In this document: piece after piece, positions 7,141-16,506 of the stretch
Layout: every line of letters begins with the position of its first letter
How positions within the stretch are numbered: position 1 is the first letter of the stretch
NCBI GenBank assembly: GCA_965216065.1
Contig: CBDCFB010000001.1
Location: 1,442,218-1,506,217, forward strand
Length of the DNA stretch: 64,000 bases
Reading direction: 5' to 3'
Source: Dehalococcoidia bacterium
GTDB taxonomy: Bacteria; Chloroflexota; Dehalococcoidia; Lucifugimonadales; UBA3495
Position numbers and translations under genes: made by a program
The notes under the pieces: generated by a model
Database searches by the model: none
The model's input: only the letters and a program-made list of their open reading frames with translations
What the model was told of the DNA's origin: nothing

Positions 7141-8277
7141 CTATTCGCCGGCGATGCTCGCCATCGCCAGTTCCTTGTGATAGTTGGAGTCGCCGTAACC
7201 CAGCTCCTGTACCTTGGCCCTGCGGGTGTACAGCTGCAGGTCGTGTTCCTTGGTGAAACCAATCGCGCCGTGGCACTGGTGGGCGGTGGCGCAGACACGG
7301 CGGTAGGCCTGGCTGACCCACGCCTTGGCAATGGAGATTTCTCGCTGCGCGGGCAGGCCTTCGGCCAGCATCCATGCCGCTTGGTAGGCGACACCACGGC
7401 AACCCTCCACGTCGGTGGCCATCTGGGCGCAGTGGTGCTGGACCGCCTGGAAGCTGCCCACGGCTCGCCCGAACTGGGTCCGCTGCTTGACATACTCGAC
7501 GGTCATGTCGAGCACGGCGGTGGCGCCCCCCAGCATCAGGATGCACTGGCCGGCAATGGCCCTCTGCAACGCCCGCTGGGCGATGGGCCAGCCACCGTTT
7601 ACCTCGCCGAGGACGGCGCTTTCAGGCAGGCGGACATTGTTCAGGGACACCTCGAACTGCCTCTCAGAACCGATAGTGCGAATGGCAGCTACTTCCAGTC
7701 CTTCCATCCTGGCTGGAACGAGAAACAGGGTGATACCGTTTTCGGGGTTACCGCCCTGGGCAGTCCGGGCCGCCACGATCATCACATCGGCTACATGAGC
7801 GTCCGGAACGAACAGCTTGGTGCCGTTCAGCGCATAGCCGTTTCCCTCGGCGGTGGCGGTGGTCTCCACGCCCCAGGCCTCGAAGGAGGCGGAAGCTTCG
7901 GTCAAGGCCAGGGTCATCAGGCCCGAGCCGTCGCAGACGCGGCTGAGCAGGTCGTCCTTCTGGGCGTCGGTGCCCGCATCCAGGACCGTGAGACCGCCGA
8001 GAACGACGGTGGAGAAGTACGGGCTGGGCGCGAGGGAGCGCCCTATCTCCTCCAGCAACACGGCGAGGTCGAGGAAGTCGCCGCCAGTGCCGCCGTACAC
8101 CTCGGGGAAGGGCACGCCGGTCCAGCCGAGGCTGGACATCTGGCGCCAGAGCTCGTCAGGGTAGCCGCGCTCGTCTTCTTCCATTTCCCGCACCAGGGTG
8201 GTGGGGCACTCCCGTGCCAGGACCTCCTGTGCGCTGCTCTTCAGCATCTGCTGTATTTCGGTCAGGCCCATTTCCAT
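7141..8277 (-). CDS. acyl-CoA dehydrogenase family protein
   Basis: 378 aa with ACAD-like N-, middle- and C-terminal layout. The long plus-strand ORF 7066..8286 is its shadow. Confidence 0.8.
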   Translation of the reverse strand: MEMGLTEIQQMLKSSAQEVLARECPTTLVREMEEDERGYPDELWRQMSSLGWTGVPFPEVYGGTGGDFLDLAVLLEEIGRSLAPSPYFSTVVLGGLTVLDAGTDAQKDDLLSRVCDGSGLMTLALTEASASFEAWGVETTATAEGNGYALNGTKLFVPDAHVADVMIVAARTAQGGNPENGITLFLVPARMEGLEVAAIRTIGSERQFEVSLNNVRLPESAVLGEVNGGWPIAQRALQRAIAGQCILMLGGATAVLDMTVEYVKQRTQFGRAVGSFQAVQHHCAQMATDVEGCRGVAYQAAWMLAEGLPAQREISIAKAWVSQAYRRVCATAHQCHGAIGFTKEHDLQLYTRRAKVQELGYGDSNYHKELAMASIAGE

Positions 8278-8395
8278 GGCTTGTAACTCCGGAGCTTGTT
8301 GCGCTGAACGCCCCGGCTGGTGTCGTCTGCCGGGGCGCTGCCAGTATAGTCTATGCGTGTTTGCCGCTCAACAAGAGCGTTGCCGAAGGGTCAAA

Positions 8396-8776
8396 TTAGC
8401 GGGGTACGTTGCCGTTGCCAAATCGTGCCATCGGTAATACAGGGGTCAGGCGTTCGTTTACCGAGTCGGTGGCCAAGTGCGCCGCTTCCAATGTTGTGGC
8501 TCCGAGCAGTGGACTACTCCCTGCGGCGGCGAAAATCACAGGCGCAATTACCTCCATCCCTTCCAACATGAAGGTTGCGTACCCAAAAGGCATATTGATT
8601 ACCCTGTCATCCGCGAACGCAAATCCGCGAGTCTCTGTTGGCTGGACGTTGACACTTTCCAACACGTCTTCAGGTATGAAGCTGTGGACTGATCCCGTGT
8701 CAGCCAGCGCTTCGACTTCAGCAAAAGCGGTCTTTGCCAGATCTCCCACTCTTAGAGGAACGTTGAATGTTCCCAT
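8396..8776 (-). CDS. retropepsin-like aspartyl protease family protein
   Basis: 126 aa with the catalytic ALADTGS motif. Confidence 0.65.
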   Translation of the reverse strand: MGTFNVPLRVGDLAKTAFAEVEALADTGSVHSFIPEDVLESVNVQPTETRGFAFADDRVINMPFGYATFMLEGMEVIAPVIFAAAGSSPLLGATTLEAAHLATDSVNERLTPVLPMARFGNGNVPR

Positions 8777-8780
8777 AGCT

Positions 8781-9152
8781 CTAAACCTCGGCGACTATCT
8801 CCACCGGAGTGTTGCGGGCCACGATGATCTCCATGACCTCGTCGCTGTCGTTGACGGGCTGGTGGACGGCCTCGGCTGGGACGTAGATGAAGTCGCCGGG
8901 GCCGATGGGCAACGGGTTGTCCAGCTTGTCGCCCACGACGAAACGGCCGTGGCCCTTTACCACGTAGATGGCCGATTCGCAGTTGACGTGGTAGTGGGGG
9001 CTGGAGGCGCAGTGCGGCGGGATGGTCGCGATGGCCAGGTGGATGCCGGTGGAGCCGGTCAGGGCTTCGGACACTCCCGCAAGGCGGGTCATTGCGCCGG
9101 ACTGGATTTCGACCTCCAGACCTTCAGGATGGACTACTTTGCATTCCGCCAT
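8781..9152 (-). CDS. cupin domain protein
   Basis: 123 aa with PHYHVNCESAIYVVKGHG and ...GDFIYVPAEAVHQ cupin motifs. Confidence 0.8.
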   Translation of the reverse strand: MAECKVVHPEGLEVEIQSGAMTRLAGVSEALTGSTGIHLAIATIPPHCASSPHYHVNCESAIYVVKGHGRFVVGDKLDNPLPIGPGDFIYVPAEAVHQPVNDSDEVMEIIVARNTPVEIVAEV

Positions 9153-9209
9153 TTTGGTCTCCTGCTCTGTTCCTAATTAGGCAATGCGGCGTCGATGGTG
9201 TTCGGCGAT

Positions 9210-9297
9210 TCACCCCCACCGCAACCCTCCCCCTCAGGGGGAGGGAGATTGGCAGAGCGCCCTAGCCCAGTCCTTCCCCTGAGGGAGAGGGAATTGG
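9210..9297. repeat. two GEG-type hairpin repeats
   Basis: CCCTCCCCCTCAGGGGGAGGG and CCCCTGAGGGAGAGGG hairpins lie between the cupin and aminotransferase genes. Confidence 0.7.
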
Positions 9298-9300
9298 CCG

Positions 9301-10467
9301 TCAGAGGCTGCGCACGAAGGCGCCGAGATTCTCGATGGCCTTGCTGATGTTTTCCTGGGAGTTGGCGTAGGACAGGCGCACGTAGCTATCGCCGTATTCC
9401 CCGAAGGCCGACCCGGAGAGCAGGGCCACTCCGGCTTCCTGCATTGCCCGGTCTTCGAACTCCCGGCTGGAGAGCCCCGTGTCCTCGATGCTGGGGAAGA
9501 CATAGAAGGCTCCCTCGGGTTCGGGGCAGCGGATGCCGGGAATGCTGCGCAGCCCGTCGGTGATCAGGCGGCGGCGGGCGGCGAACTCCGCGACCATTGC
9601 TTCCACCTGGTCCCTGGGGCCCTCAAGTGCGGCAATGCCAGCCTTCTGAGTGAAGGTGGCGGCGCAGGACACGCTGTTGACGGCCAGGCGGACCACGTGG
9701 GGCACCAGCTCGGGGGGCATGATGCCGTATCCCAGGCGCCAGCCGGTCATGGCGTAGCTCTTGGAGAACCCGTCGAGGATGATGGTCCGCTCCTCCATTC
9801 CCGGTATGGAAGCGATGCTGAAGTGCTCGCCGGTATAGAGGATGTCCTTGTATATTTCGTCGGCCATGACATACAGGTTTGGATGCTTCATCACCATTTC
9901 GGCGATGGTGCGGAGCTCGCCTTCCGAGAGGGCGGACCCGCAGGGGTTCTCGGGCGTATTGAGGATGATGAGCCTGGTCTTGTCGGTAATCCGGGAAGCC
10001 AACTGGTCCAGATCCGGGTGGTAGCTCTTGGACTCCAGTAGCTGCATGGATACCGGGGTGCAGCCGGTGAAGCGGATCATCGACTCATAGATCGGGAATC
10101 CGGGATTCGGGTATATCACCTCAACGCCCGGTTCGCCCAGGGCCAGCAACACGTAGAACATGATGGGCTTGGCGCCGGGGGTGACCACCACGTTGTCGGG
10201 CTCGGTGTTGGTGCCCCGGACTTCGCGGCTGTTGTTGGCGATTGCCTGGCGCAGTTCGGGCAGCCCGGCGGTGGGGCCGTAATGGGTGAACCCGTCGCTG
10301 ATGGCGGCCATTCCTGCCTCTATGATGTGCCGGGGCGTGTCGAAGTCGGGTTCCCCTATCTCCAGGTGAATGATGTCACGGCCCTGGGCTTCCAGGGCGC
10401 GGGCCTTGGCCAGTACCTCGAAGGCGCTCTCGGTACCCAGGTCATGCATTCGTGCGGCGACGGTCAT
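9301..10467 (-). CDS. class I/II pyridoxal-phosphate aminotransferase (aspartate aminotransferase-like)
   Basis: 388 aa with the PLP-lysine motif SKSYAMTGWRLGY. Confidence 0.85.
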   Translation of the reverse strand: MTVAARMHDLGTESAFEVLAKARALEAQGRDIIHLEIGEPDFDTPRHIIEAGMAAISDGFTHYGPTAGLPELRQAIANNSREVRGTNTEPDNVVVTPGAKPIMFYVLLALGEPGVEVIYPNPGFPIYESMIRFTGCTPVSMQLLESKSYHPDLDQLASRITDKTRLIILNTPENPCGSALSEGELRTIAEMVMKHPNLYVMADEIYKDILYTGEHFSIASIPGMEERTIILDGFSKSYAMTGWRLGYGIMPPELVPHVVRLAVNSVSCAATFTQKAGIAALEGPRDQVEAMVAEFAARRRLITDGLRSIPGIRCPEPEGAFYVFPSIEDTGLSSREFEDRAMQEAGVALLSGSAFGEYGDSYVRLSYANSQENISKAIENLGAFVRSL

Positions 10468-10490
10468 CTGTCCTCCGGTATCTCGTCATG

Positions 10491-10538
10491 CCCCTCTCCA
10501 TTGAGGGAGAGGGCGGGGGAGAGGGTGAAATCCCGGTG
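10491..10538. repeat. GEG-type hairpin repeat
   Basis: CCCCTCTCCATTGAGGGAGAGGGCGGGGGAGAGGGTGAAATCC. Confidence 0.7.
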
Positions 10539-10569
10539 CTTGTTTCGCTCCGAGCGCTTCCGCTTCCCT

Positions 10570-11760
10570 TTAGTCAGGCTGGGCCTGGTTCTGGGTGCGT
10601 ACCGGCAGGCCGTAAATGCCTATGAATCCGGCGGCAGCGGCATGGTCGAACTGGTCCTGCCGGTCGTAGGTGGCTAGGCCGTAGTTGTACAGCGCCCGCG
10701 GGGCCTGTCGCCCGACCACCGTGCAGGTGCCCTTGTGCAGCCGCAGCCGGACCTCGCCGGTGACATGGCGCTGCGTGCTCTGAACGTATGCGTCCAGGTC
10801 GGCGCGGTGGGCGGTGTACCACAGGCCGTTGTAGATCACGTCAGAGTATTCCTGGGCGATGCGGGCCTTGGTGCGGGCCTGCTCCTTGCTGAGGGTCATG
10901 GTTTCCAGCCCCTTGTGGGCCGCGTGAAGGACGACGGCGGCAGGGCACTCATAGATCTCCCGGGACTTGATGCCCACCAGGCGGTTCTCCACGTGGTCGA
11001 TGCGGCCAACACCGTGGTCGCCTCCCACTGCGTTCAGATGGCCGATTAGGTCGACGCCGCCCATGGACTCGCCGTTGATGGCGATTGGCACTCCGCGCTC
11101 GAAACTGATTTCCAGGTACATGGGCTCATTAGGGACATCAGCCACCGGCCTCGTCCACAGGTAGGCGTCCTCGGGAGGCTCCTGCCACGGGTCCTCCAGC
11201 TCGCCTGCCTCGACACTGCGTCCCCACAGATTCTCGTCGGTGGAGAATCGGCTGGCCCGGGTGTTGATGGGCAGGTTTCGCGCCAGACCGTACTCGATCT
11301 CGTCGTCGCGGCTCATGCCCCAGTCGCGAATGGGTGCGATGACCTGGAGGTTGGGGTCCAGGGCCATCACGCCCACCTCGATGCGCACCTGGTCGTTGCC
11401 CTTGCCGGTGCAGCCGTGGGCCACGGCGTAAGCGCCGTGCTCCCGCGCCGCCTCCACCAGGTAACGGGCAATCAGCGGGCGGCCCAGGGCGGTGGCCAAG
11501 GGGTACTGCTCCTCGTAAACCGTCCCTGCCTGCAGGCTGGGGTAGAGAAACTCGTCCACCAGTGTCTGCCGCCCGTCCACTATCACTGCCTCGACGGCGC
11601 CGATGGACAGCGCCCGCTGGCGGGTGGTCTCCAGGTCCACCATACCGAGGTCGATGGTCAGAGTGACGATGTCGGCGCCGTATTTTTCCTTGAGCCACGG
11701 CACCGCCACCGTGGTGTCCAGCCCGCCGCTGTAGGCGAGAACTATTCTGTCGTTAGGCAT
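10570..11760 (-). CDS. argG: argininosuccinate synthase
   Basis: 396 aa with the N-terminal AYSGGLDTTV ATP-binding motif and strongly ArgG-like sequence throughout. Confidence 0.92.
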   Translation of the reverse strand: MPNDRIVLAYSGGLDTTVAVPWLKEKYGADIVTLTIDLGMVDLETTRQRALSIGAVEAVIVDGRQTLVDEFLYPSLQAGTVYEEQYPLATALGRPLIARYLVEAAREHGAYAVAHGCTGKGNDQVRIEVGVMALDPNLQVIAPIRDWGMSRDDEIEYGLARNLPINTRASRFSTDENLWGRSVEAGELEDPWQEPPEDAYLWTRPVADVPNEPMYLEISFERGVPIAINGESMGGVDLIGHLNAVGGDHGVGRIDHVENRLVGIKSREIYECPAAVVLHAAHKGLETMTLSKEQARTKARIAQEYSDVIYNGLWYTAHRADLDAYVQSTQRHVTGEVRLRLHKGTCTVVGRQAPRALYNYGLATYDRQDQFDHAAAAGFIGIYGLPVRTQNQAQPD

Positions 11761-11788
11761 TGGTCCTTACATGCTCCAGTCTGGTTGG

Positions 11789-12013
11789 TTACAAGGCTGC
11801 GAGGAAGTCGGCCACCGGCACTTGGGCTTGCTTGAGTATCCTGCGAACGAGCCTTCGATCCAGATCGCGGGATCCGTGGTATGGGACTGTGGCCCATCGA
11901 CCATCCAGATGCTTCAGAATGATATGGCTTCCACGTTGGTGATCGAATTCGAAACCCAAATTGTATAAGCCTCAGAGCATTTCCCTAGCTCTGAGGGTCG
12001 GCAGCCTGTCCAT
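11789..12013 (-). pseudogene. hicA: hicA-family toxin with in-frame TGA at codon 14 (11974..11972)
   Basis: Not in the ORF track. The minus strand reads MDRLPTLRAREML*GLYNLGFEFDHQRGSHIILKHLDGRWATVPYHGSRDLDRRLVRRILKQAQVPVADFLAAL. This is the HicA/YcfA signature, interrupted once. Confidence 0.7.
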
Positions 12014-12019
12014 GGATTT

Positions 12020-12235
12020 CTACACCTTAATCCGGTGTACTCCCACGAAACGGTCCGCCACGTCCGGGCGGTTCTCCGCTTCCTCCAGTACCAGGCAAAT
12101 GACTTCTCTCATATTCTCCATGAGTTCCCCAAGGGTCAATCCCTGGCTATAGCAACCCTTTAGTTGAGGGACTTCACCCACGAAATAGCCGTCTTCGTCC
12201 TGTTCCACTACAACATAGAAATCACGCGTTTTCAC
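12020..12235 (-). CDS. hicB: HicB-like antitoxin (UPF0150 fold), copy 2
   Basis: 71 aa with YVVVEQDEDGYFVGEVPQLKGCYSQGLTLGELMENMREVI. Confidence 0.7.
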   Translation of the reverse strand: MKTRDFYVVVEQDEDGYFVGEVPQLKGCYSQGLTLGELMENMREVICLVLEEAENRPDVADRFVGVHRIKV

Positions 12236-12468
12236 CGCTCATCGACCTCGAGTTCCAGTTTGTACACGCCGACAAATCCTGAGTCCATGTCCAAGTCGTC
12301 GTCTATTCGTGCAAGTTTGATTGCCTTTCTGATGTTGGCCATCAATTCATCGAGATCCCGCCCGTGGGCGGTGCAGCTCCTCAATTGAGGGACCGTACCA
12401 ACGAATCCGTGCACGCCGTCCTTTTCAATAAGGACGTGATATTCTCTCTCCGGCATCGCATTTCCCAC
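12232..12468 (-). CDS. hicB: HicB-like antitoxin (UPF0150 fold), copy 1
   Basis: 78 aa with YHVLIEKDGVHGFVGTVPQLRSCTAHGRDLDELMANIRKAI. It is a paralogue of the next gene and overlaps it by 4 nt. Confidence 0.7.
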   Translation of the reverse strand: MGNAMPEREYHVLIEKDGVHGFVGTVPQLRSCTAHGRDLDELMANIRKAIKLARIDDDLDMDSGFVGVYKLELEVDER

Positions 12469-12513
12469 CGGCCTCCAAGCTGTTGATAAGACCCCCAGTT
12501 CAACTCAATGACA

Positions 12514-12535
12514 GGGGCGCACAGATGCGCGCCCC
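12514..12535. repeat. GGGGCGC...GCGCCCC hairpin (terminator-like), related to 32507..32532
   Basis: CAGGGGCGCACAG is shared with the second copy. Lies 34 nt after the argD stop. Confidence 0.5.
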
Positions 12536-12568
12536 CACTATGGACTGCCACGGGAAACGCGACCCGCG

Positions 12569-13759
12569 CTAGATATTGGACAGGGCGGTGCTCAGGCGCT
12601 CGGCAGCCTCGTCGATTTCCTCCCGCGCCACGGTGAGCGGGGGCATGAAGCGGATGGTGTTGGGACGCGGTCCGTTCAGCAGCAGGCCGGCCTCGTTTGA
12701 GTTTGTCAGCACCTGGGGTGAGATGTTGTCCTCGAAGTCCATGGCCGCCAAAAGGCCCTTGCCACGCACCTCGGAGACGAAGGAGAAGCGGTCCTTGACC
12801 TCGTTCAGGCGGCCCAGCAGGTAGGGCTCCATGTCCTTCACCTGGCCTGGGATGTCGTTCTCGATCAGGAATTTGGTGCCCGCGTAGCCCGCGGCGGTGG
12901 TCAGGGCGTTGCCGCCGAATGTGGACCCGTGGTCGCCGGGGACCAGGGCTTGGCAGTGGGCCTTGGACAGGAAGGCGCCGATGGGCACGCCGTAGCCGAG
13001 ACCCTTGGCCAGGGTCATCACGTCCGGCTCCGCACCGTACTCCTGGTAACCGAACATGCTGCCCAGCCGCCCCATGCCGGTCTGGACCTCGTCCAAGATC
13101 AGCAGGATGCCCTGGCTGTCGCACCACTGGCGCAACCGCTGCAGGTAGTCGTCGTCGGGAATGATCACGCCAGCCTCGCCTTGCACCGGCTCAACCATCA
13201 CGGCGGCGGTGCGGTCGGTGGTAGCGCTGATCACGGCCTCGACGTCGTTGTAGTCGACATGCACGAAGCCGGGCAGAAGCGGAGCAAAGTTCTCCTGATA
13301 GTGGGGCTGCCCGGTGGCGGCCACTGTGGCCTGGGTGCGCCCGTGGAAAGAGTTGAAGGCGGTGATGATCTCGAAGGCGCCGTCACGGTTCAGCTTGCCG
13401 TAGCGGCGGGCCAACTTCATCGCGCCCTCTACGGCCTCGGCGCCGCTGTTGCCAAAGAACACCAGGTCGAGGCAGCTGTTCTCGATGAGCATCTCGGCGA
13501 GCTGGAGCTGGGGCACAGTGTAGAACTGATTGGAGGTCTGGATCAGGGTGCCGGCCTGTTCGGCGATGGCCTGGGTTATCGCGGGGTGGCTGTGGCCCAA
13601 CTGATTGACCGCCCATCCAGCGACGAAGTCCAGGTACTGCTTGCCGTCGGCGTCCCAGACTTCAGTGCCTTCGCCGCGGACGATGACCACCGGCTGGCGG
13701 CGCACGGTCTGGGCATAGTATTTCTTCTCAATATCGATCCATCCGCTGCTGATGCTCAT
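12569..13759 (-). CDS. argD: acetylornithine aminotransferase
   Basis: 396 aa with LDEVQTGMGRLG and TLAKGLG (PLP lysine). Lies in the arg operon. Confidence 0.9.
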   Translation of the reverse strand: MSISSGWIDIEKKYYAQTVRRQPVVIVRGEGTEVWDADGKQYLDFVAGWAVNQLGHSHPAITQAIAEQAGTLIQTSNQFYTVPQLQLAEMLIENSCLDLVFFGNSGAEAVEGAMKLARRYGKLNRDGAFEIITAFNSFHGRTQATVAATGQPHYQENFAPLLPGFVHVDYNDVEAVISATTDRTAAVMVEPVQGEAGVIIPDDDYLQRLRQWCDSQGILLILDEVQTGMGRLGSMFGYQEYGAEPDVMTLAKGLGYGVPIGAFLSKAHCQALVPGDHGSTFGGNALTTAAGYAGTKFLIENDIPGQVKDMEPYLLGRLNEVKDRFSFVSEVRGKGLLAAMDFEDNISPQVLTNSNEAGLLLNGPRPNTIRFMPPLTVAREEIDEAAERLSTALSNI

Positions 13760-13847
13760 GGCGAGTCCTCTTCTTCAGATTGCCTTTGGATTGCCAAATG
13801 ATTATCGCACACACGCCGGAATCTTTCACACGACGGGGTATAAACCA

Positions 13848-14107
13848 CAGGGCAATCGCGCTGTAGTTATTCGCAGCCGTTCACACCGTCATTACCGCTA
13901 AACATGTCCTCGACTCGATCGGGGAGCGGGAATCCAGTGGCTGGAAATTCCAGTGTTCTGCGCTCATCGGAGAACCGCCAGCCTAGCCCACCGGAGACAG
14001 CCAACAACGCGAAAACCTTGGATTCCCGCTTTCGCGGGAATGACGGTGGAGGGGCGGGAATGACGGGACAGCGCCATAGCTGGTTCGGTTAAAACACGAT
14101 TGCACTG
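13848..14107. mobile_element. MITE-like element type B, 260 bp, inside the arg operon
   Basis: Ends are CAGGGCAATCGCGCTG... and ...ACACGATTGCACTG. It is the reverse complement of the 795..1010 element. Flanks GTATAAACCA and GCGCAAACCA match at 7 of 10 positions. Confidence 0.7.
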
Positions 14108-14157
14108 GCGCAAACCATGCCAGAGTCAAAAGGGTAAGGAAACGGGGATATGGGGCT

Positions 14158-14940
14158 TCAGGAACGGGAATTGAGACTGGTGGTTATTGTGGTCCCGGTG
14201 GAGCGGCCTTGCAGGCAGTCCAGCAGGGCGTTGGGGTGCCGGCCGTCGATGATGTCGGCCACCGCCCCGCCCTCCAGGCCGCGCAGGCAGGCCTGCAGCT
14301 TGGGGATCATACCGCCGCCGGCAACCCCGGAGTTCAGCAGCATGTTGGCGCGGCGCTGGTCGAGCCGCGATATGACGCGGCCGCCGCCGTCCATCACGCC
14401 GGCAACATCCGTCAGGAAGACGAGGCGATCTACCTGCAGCTCCCGGGCCAGCTCACCGGCAACGGTGTCGCCATTGATGTTCAGAGGCTTGCCCGCGTTG
14501 TCGGAGCCGTCGAAGCGATGGACGCCGAGGGGCGCGATCATGGGGATGTAGCCGGAGTCCACCAGTGCGCGGATGGGGCCAGTGTCGACCGACTGAATCT
14601 CGCCGACGTATCCCAACTCGGGATTGGCAATGCCGCAGGTCAGCATGCAGCTGTCGATGCCGCTGAGCCCGATGCACCTGCCCCCCAGTTGCTCCATCAG
14701 GGAGACCAGCTCCTTGTTGATCAGGCCACCCAGGACGGCCACGACGATCTCCAGGCTCTCCGCATCGGTGACCCGAAGGCCACCCACGAACCGGGGCGGA
14801 ATTCCCTGGCGCTGCATCCACCGGGAGATGACATTGCCGCCCCCGTGGACCACGACCACCTCTTCACCCTCCTGCTGGAGCTTGACCAAGTCCAGCAAGG
14901 TGGTGTCATGGCTTCCGAGGGTGCTGCCCCCTATTTTCAC
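14158..14940 (-). CDS. argB: acetylglutamate kinase
   Basis: 260 aa with a GTG start. Motifs KIGGS and VVVHGGG. Confidence 0.9.
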   Translation of the reverse strand: MKIGGSTLGSHDTTLLDLVKLQQEGEEVVVVHGGGNVISRWMQRQGIPPRFVGGLRVTDAESLEIVVAVLGGLINKELVSLMEQLGGRCIGLSGIDSCMLTCGIANPELGYVGEIQSVDTGPIRALVDSGYIPMIAPLGVHRFDGSDNAGKPLNINGDTVAGELARELQVDRLVFLTDVAGVMDGGGRVISRLDQRRANMLLNSGVAGGGMIPKLQACLRGLEGGAVADIIDGRHPNALLDCLQGRSTGTTITTSLNSRS

Positions 14941-15076
14941 TACGATGGACAGTGTCTTGCTCCTGTTGGACGCCTTTCGGGCAAATACAAGAGGCCCCAG
15001 AGAATGGCGTACTTTACGATCGTCTCTGCGGCCTCTATTTCTACTCTATGTCTAAGGGGTTATTGGATTCAGCGGC

Positions 15077-16297
15077 CTAGGTGGTATAGGCGCTGTTGAT
15101 AACCACGTATTCTTCGGTCAGGTCGCAGCCCCATGCGGTGGCGTCGGCGTCGCCCAGGTTCAGGGCGATGCGGAAAGTGACCTCGTCTCCCCGCATGAGG
15201 GCCACCACGGCGTCCCGGTGGAAGGGAATCGGTTTGCCCGCCTCCATGATGCAGACGCCGTTGATGAATAGGTCAATTTTCTCCTCGACGGCCTCGGCCT
15301 GGCTGCGTCCCAGGGCGGCCAGCAGGCGGCCCCAGTTGGGGTCGGCGCCGTAGACGGCCGACTTGACCAGCAGCGACGATGCTATCGTCCGTGCGGCGGT
15401 GCGTGCGTCCTCGCTGGTGCGGGCGCCGGTGACCTCCACAACCAGCAGGTGGGTTGCGCCCTCGCCGTCGCGGGCCAGCTTACGAGTCAGCTGTACGCAG
15501 CACTCGAGCAAGCCTGCCTTGAACGCCTCTGCTTCCGGGGTTCCGGCGGTGATGGTCGCGTTGCCTGCGGCCCCGTTGGCAAGTACCACCAGCGAATCAT
15601 TGGTGCTGCTGTCGCCGTCGATCGTGAGCATGTTCAGCGAGTAGTCCGCCACTTCCGGCAGCATGGTGCGGAGCAGGCCCTGGTCGATGGCCGCGTCCGT
15701 GGCCACGAAGCACAGCATGGTGGCCATGTTCGGGTGTATCATCCCGGAACCCTTGGCCACGCCGCCGATGTGCACGTCGGTGCCGCCGATATCTACGGTG
15801 ACACCCACCTCCTTGGGATGGGTGTCCGTGGTCATCATGGCGCGGGCCAACTCGTTGCCGCCGGTCTCCGACAATGTGGTTTCATCCACGCCGGACTTGA
15901 TCAGGGTCATGGGCAACTCGACGCCGATGATGCCGGTGCTGAACACCAGCACCTCCTCCGGCTTGACCCCCATGGCTGCGGAGGCCAGGACGGCCATTTC
16001 CTTTGCGTCGATATAGCCCTGCTCGCCCACACCGGCGTTGGCGATTCCCGAATTCACCACCAGGCCGCGAATGGCATGTCCCCCGGCCAGGGTCTCGCGG
16101 TTGACGGTTACCGACGGCGAAACGATGCTGCTCCTGGTGAACACCCCGGCAGCGGCGCAGGGAGTGTCGGACAGCAGCATACCCACGTCCATCTTGTCGT
16201 CCGAGTAGGTCTTGATGCCGGCGTAGGTGCCGCCTGACCGGAATCCACGAGCGGTGGTGATTGTGCCGCCGTCAACTTGGTTGATCGCGCCGGGCAT
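15077..16297 (-). CDS. argJ: bifunctional glutamate N-acetyltransferase / amino-acid acetyltransferase
   Basis: ORF 15077..16450 trimmed to ATG 16297 (MPGAINQVDGG...). Self-cleavage site PNMATMLCFVATDA is present. Confidence 0.9.
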   Translation of the reverse strand: MPGAINQVDGGTITTARGFRSGGTYAGIKTYSDDKMDVGMLLSDTPCAAAGVFTRSSIVSPSVTVNRETLAGGHAIRGLVVNSGIANAGVGEQGYIDAKEMAVLASAAMGVKPEEVLVFSTGIIGVELPMTLIKSGVDETTLSETGGNELARAMMTTDTHPKEVGVTVDIGGTDVHIGGVAKGSGMIHPNMATMLCFVATDAAIDQGLLRTMLPEVADYSLNMLTIDGDSSTNDSLVVLANGAAGNATITAGTPEAEAFKAGLLECCVQLTRKLARDGEGATHLLVVEVTGARTSEDARTAARTIASSLLVKSAVYGADPNWGRLLAALGRSQAEAVEEKIDLFINGVCIMEAGKPIPFHRDAVVALMRGDEVTFRIALNLGDADATAWGCDLTEEYVVINSAYTT

Positions 16298-16506
16298 GGC
16301 AGACTTCCTTGCACTGGGAATTGGGTGGGTATTGAAATGGCTTTTGCGATTTGGAATTGTACCACAGGAAGGGCCGCATTCAGGCAAACAATTCCTTTGC
16401 GATACGCTCTGCGCGGCAATATACTTGATTTCCCTAAAGACCCTTGGCATCGCAATAAACCGGGCAGGAACGCCAGCAGCCGCCCGGGTCCAGGCAAGGT
16501 GAGTTC

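Noticed and set aside
11972-11974. The in-frame TGA in hicA as a third selenocysteine codon.
   Set aside because: The position aligns with a non-catalytic, non-Cys residue of HicA and there is no xxC partner. The only nearby hairpin contains the TGA in its 3' arm rather than lying downstream. The simpler explanation is nonsense inactivation.
16298-16506. An ArgR operator (ARG box) in the argJ / DUF1015 divergent region. Noted an 8-bp inverted repeat GGAATTGT...ACAATTCC (16353..16360 / 16388..16395) and repeated CTTTGCGAT.
   Set aside because: Neither matches the TNTGAATWWWWATTCANW consensus well and the spacing is atypical. I cannot support a regulatory call from sequence alone.
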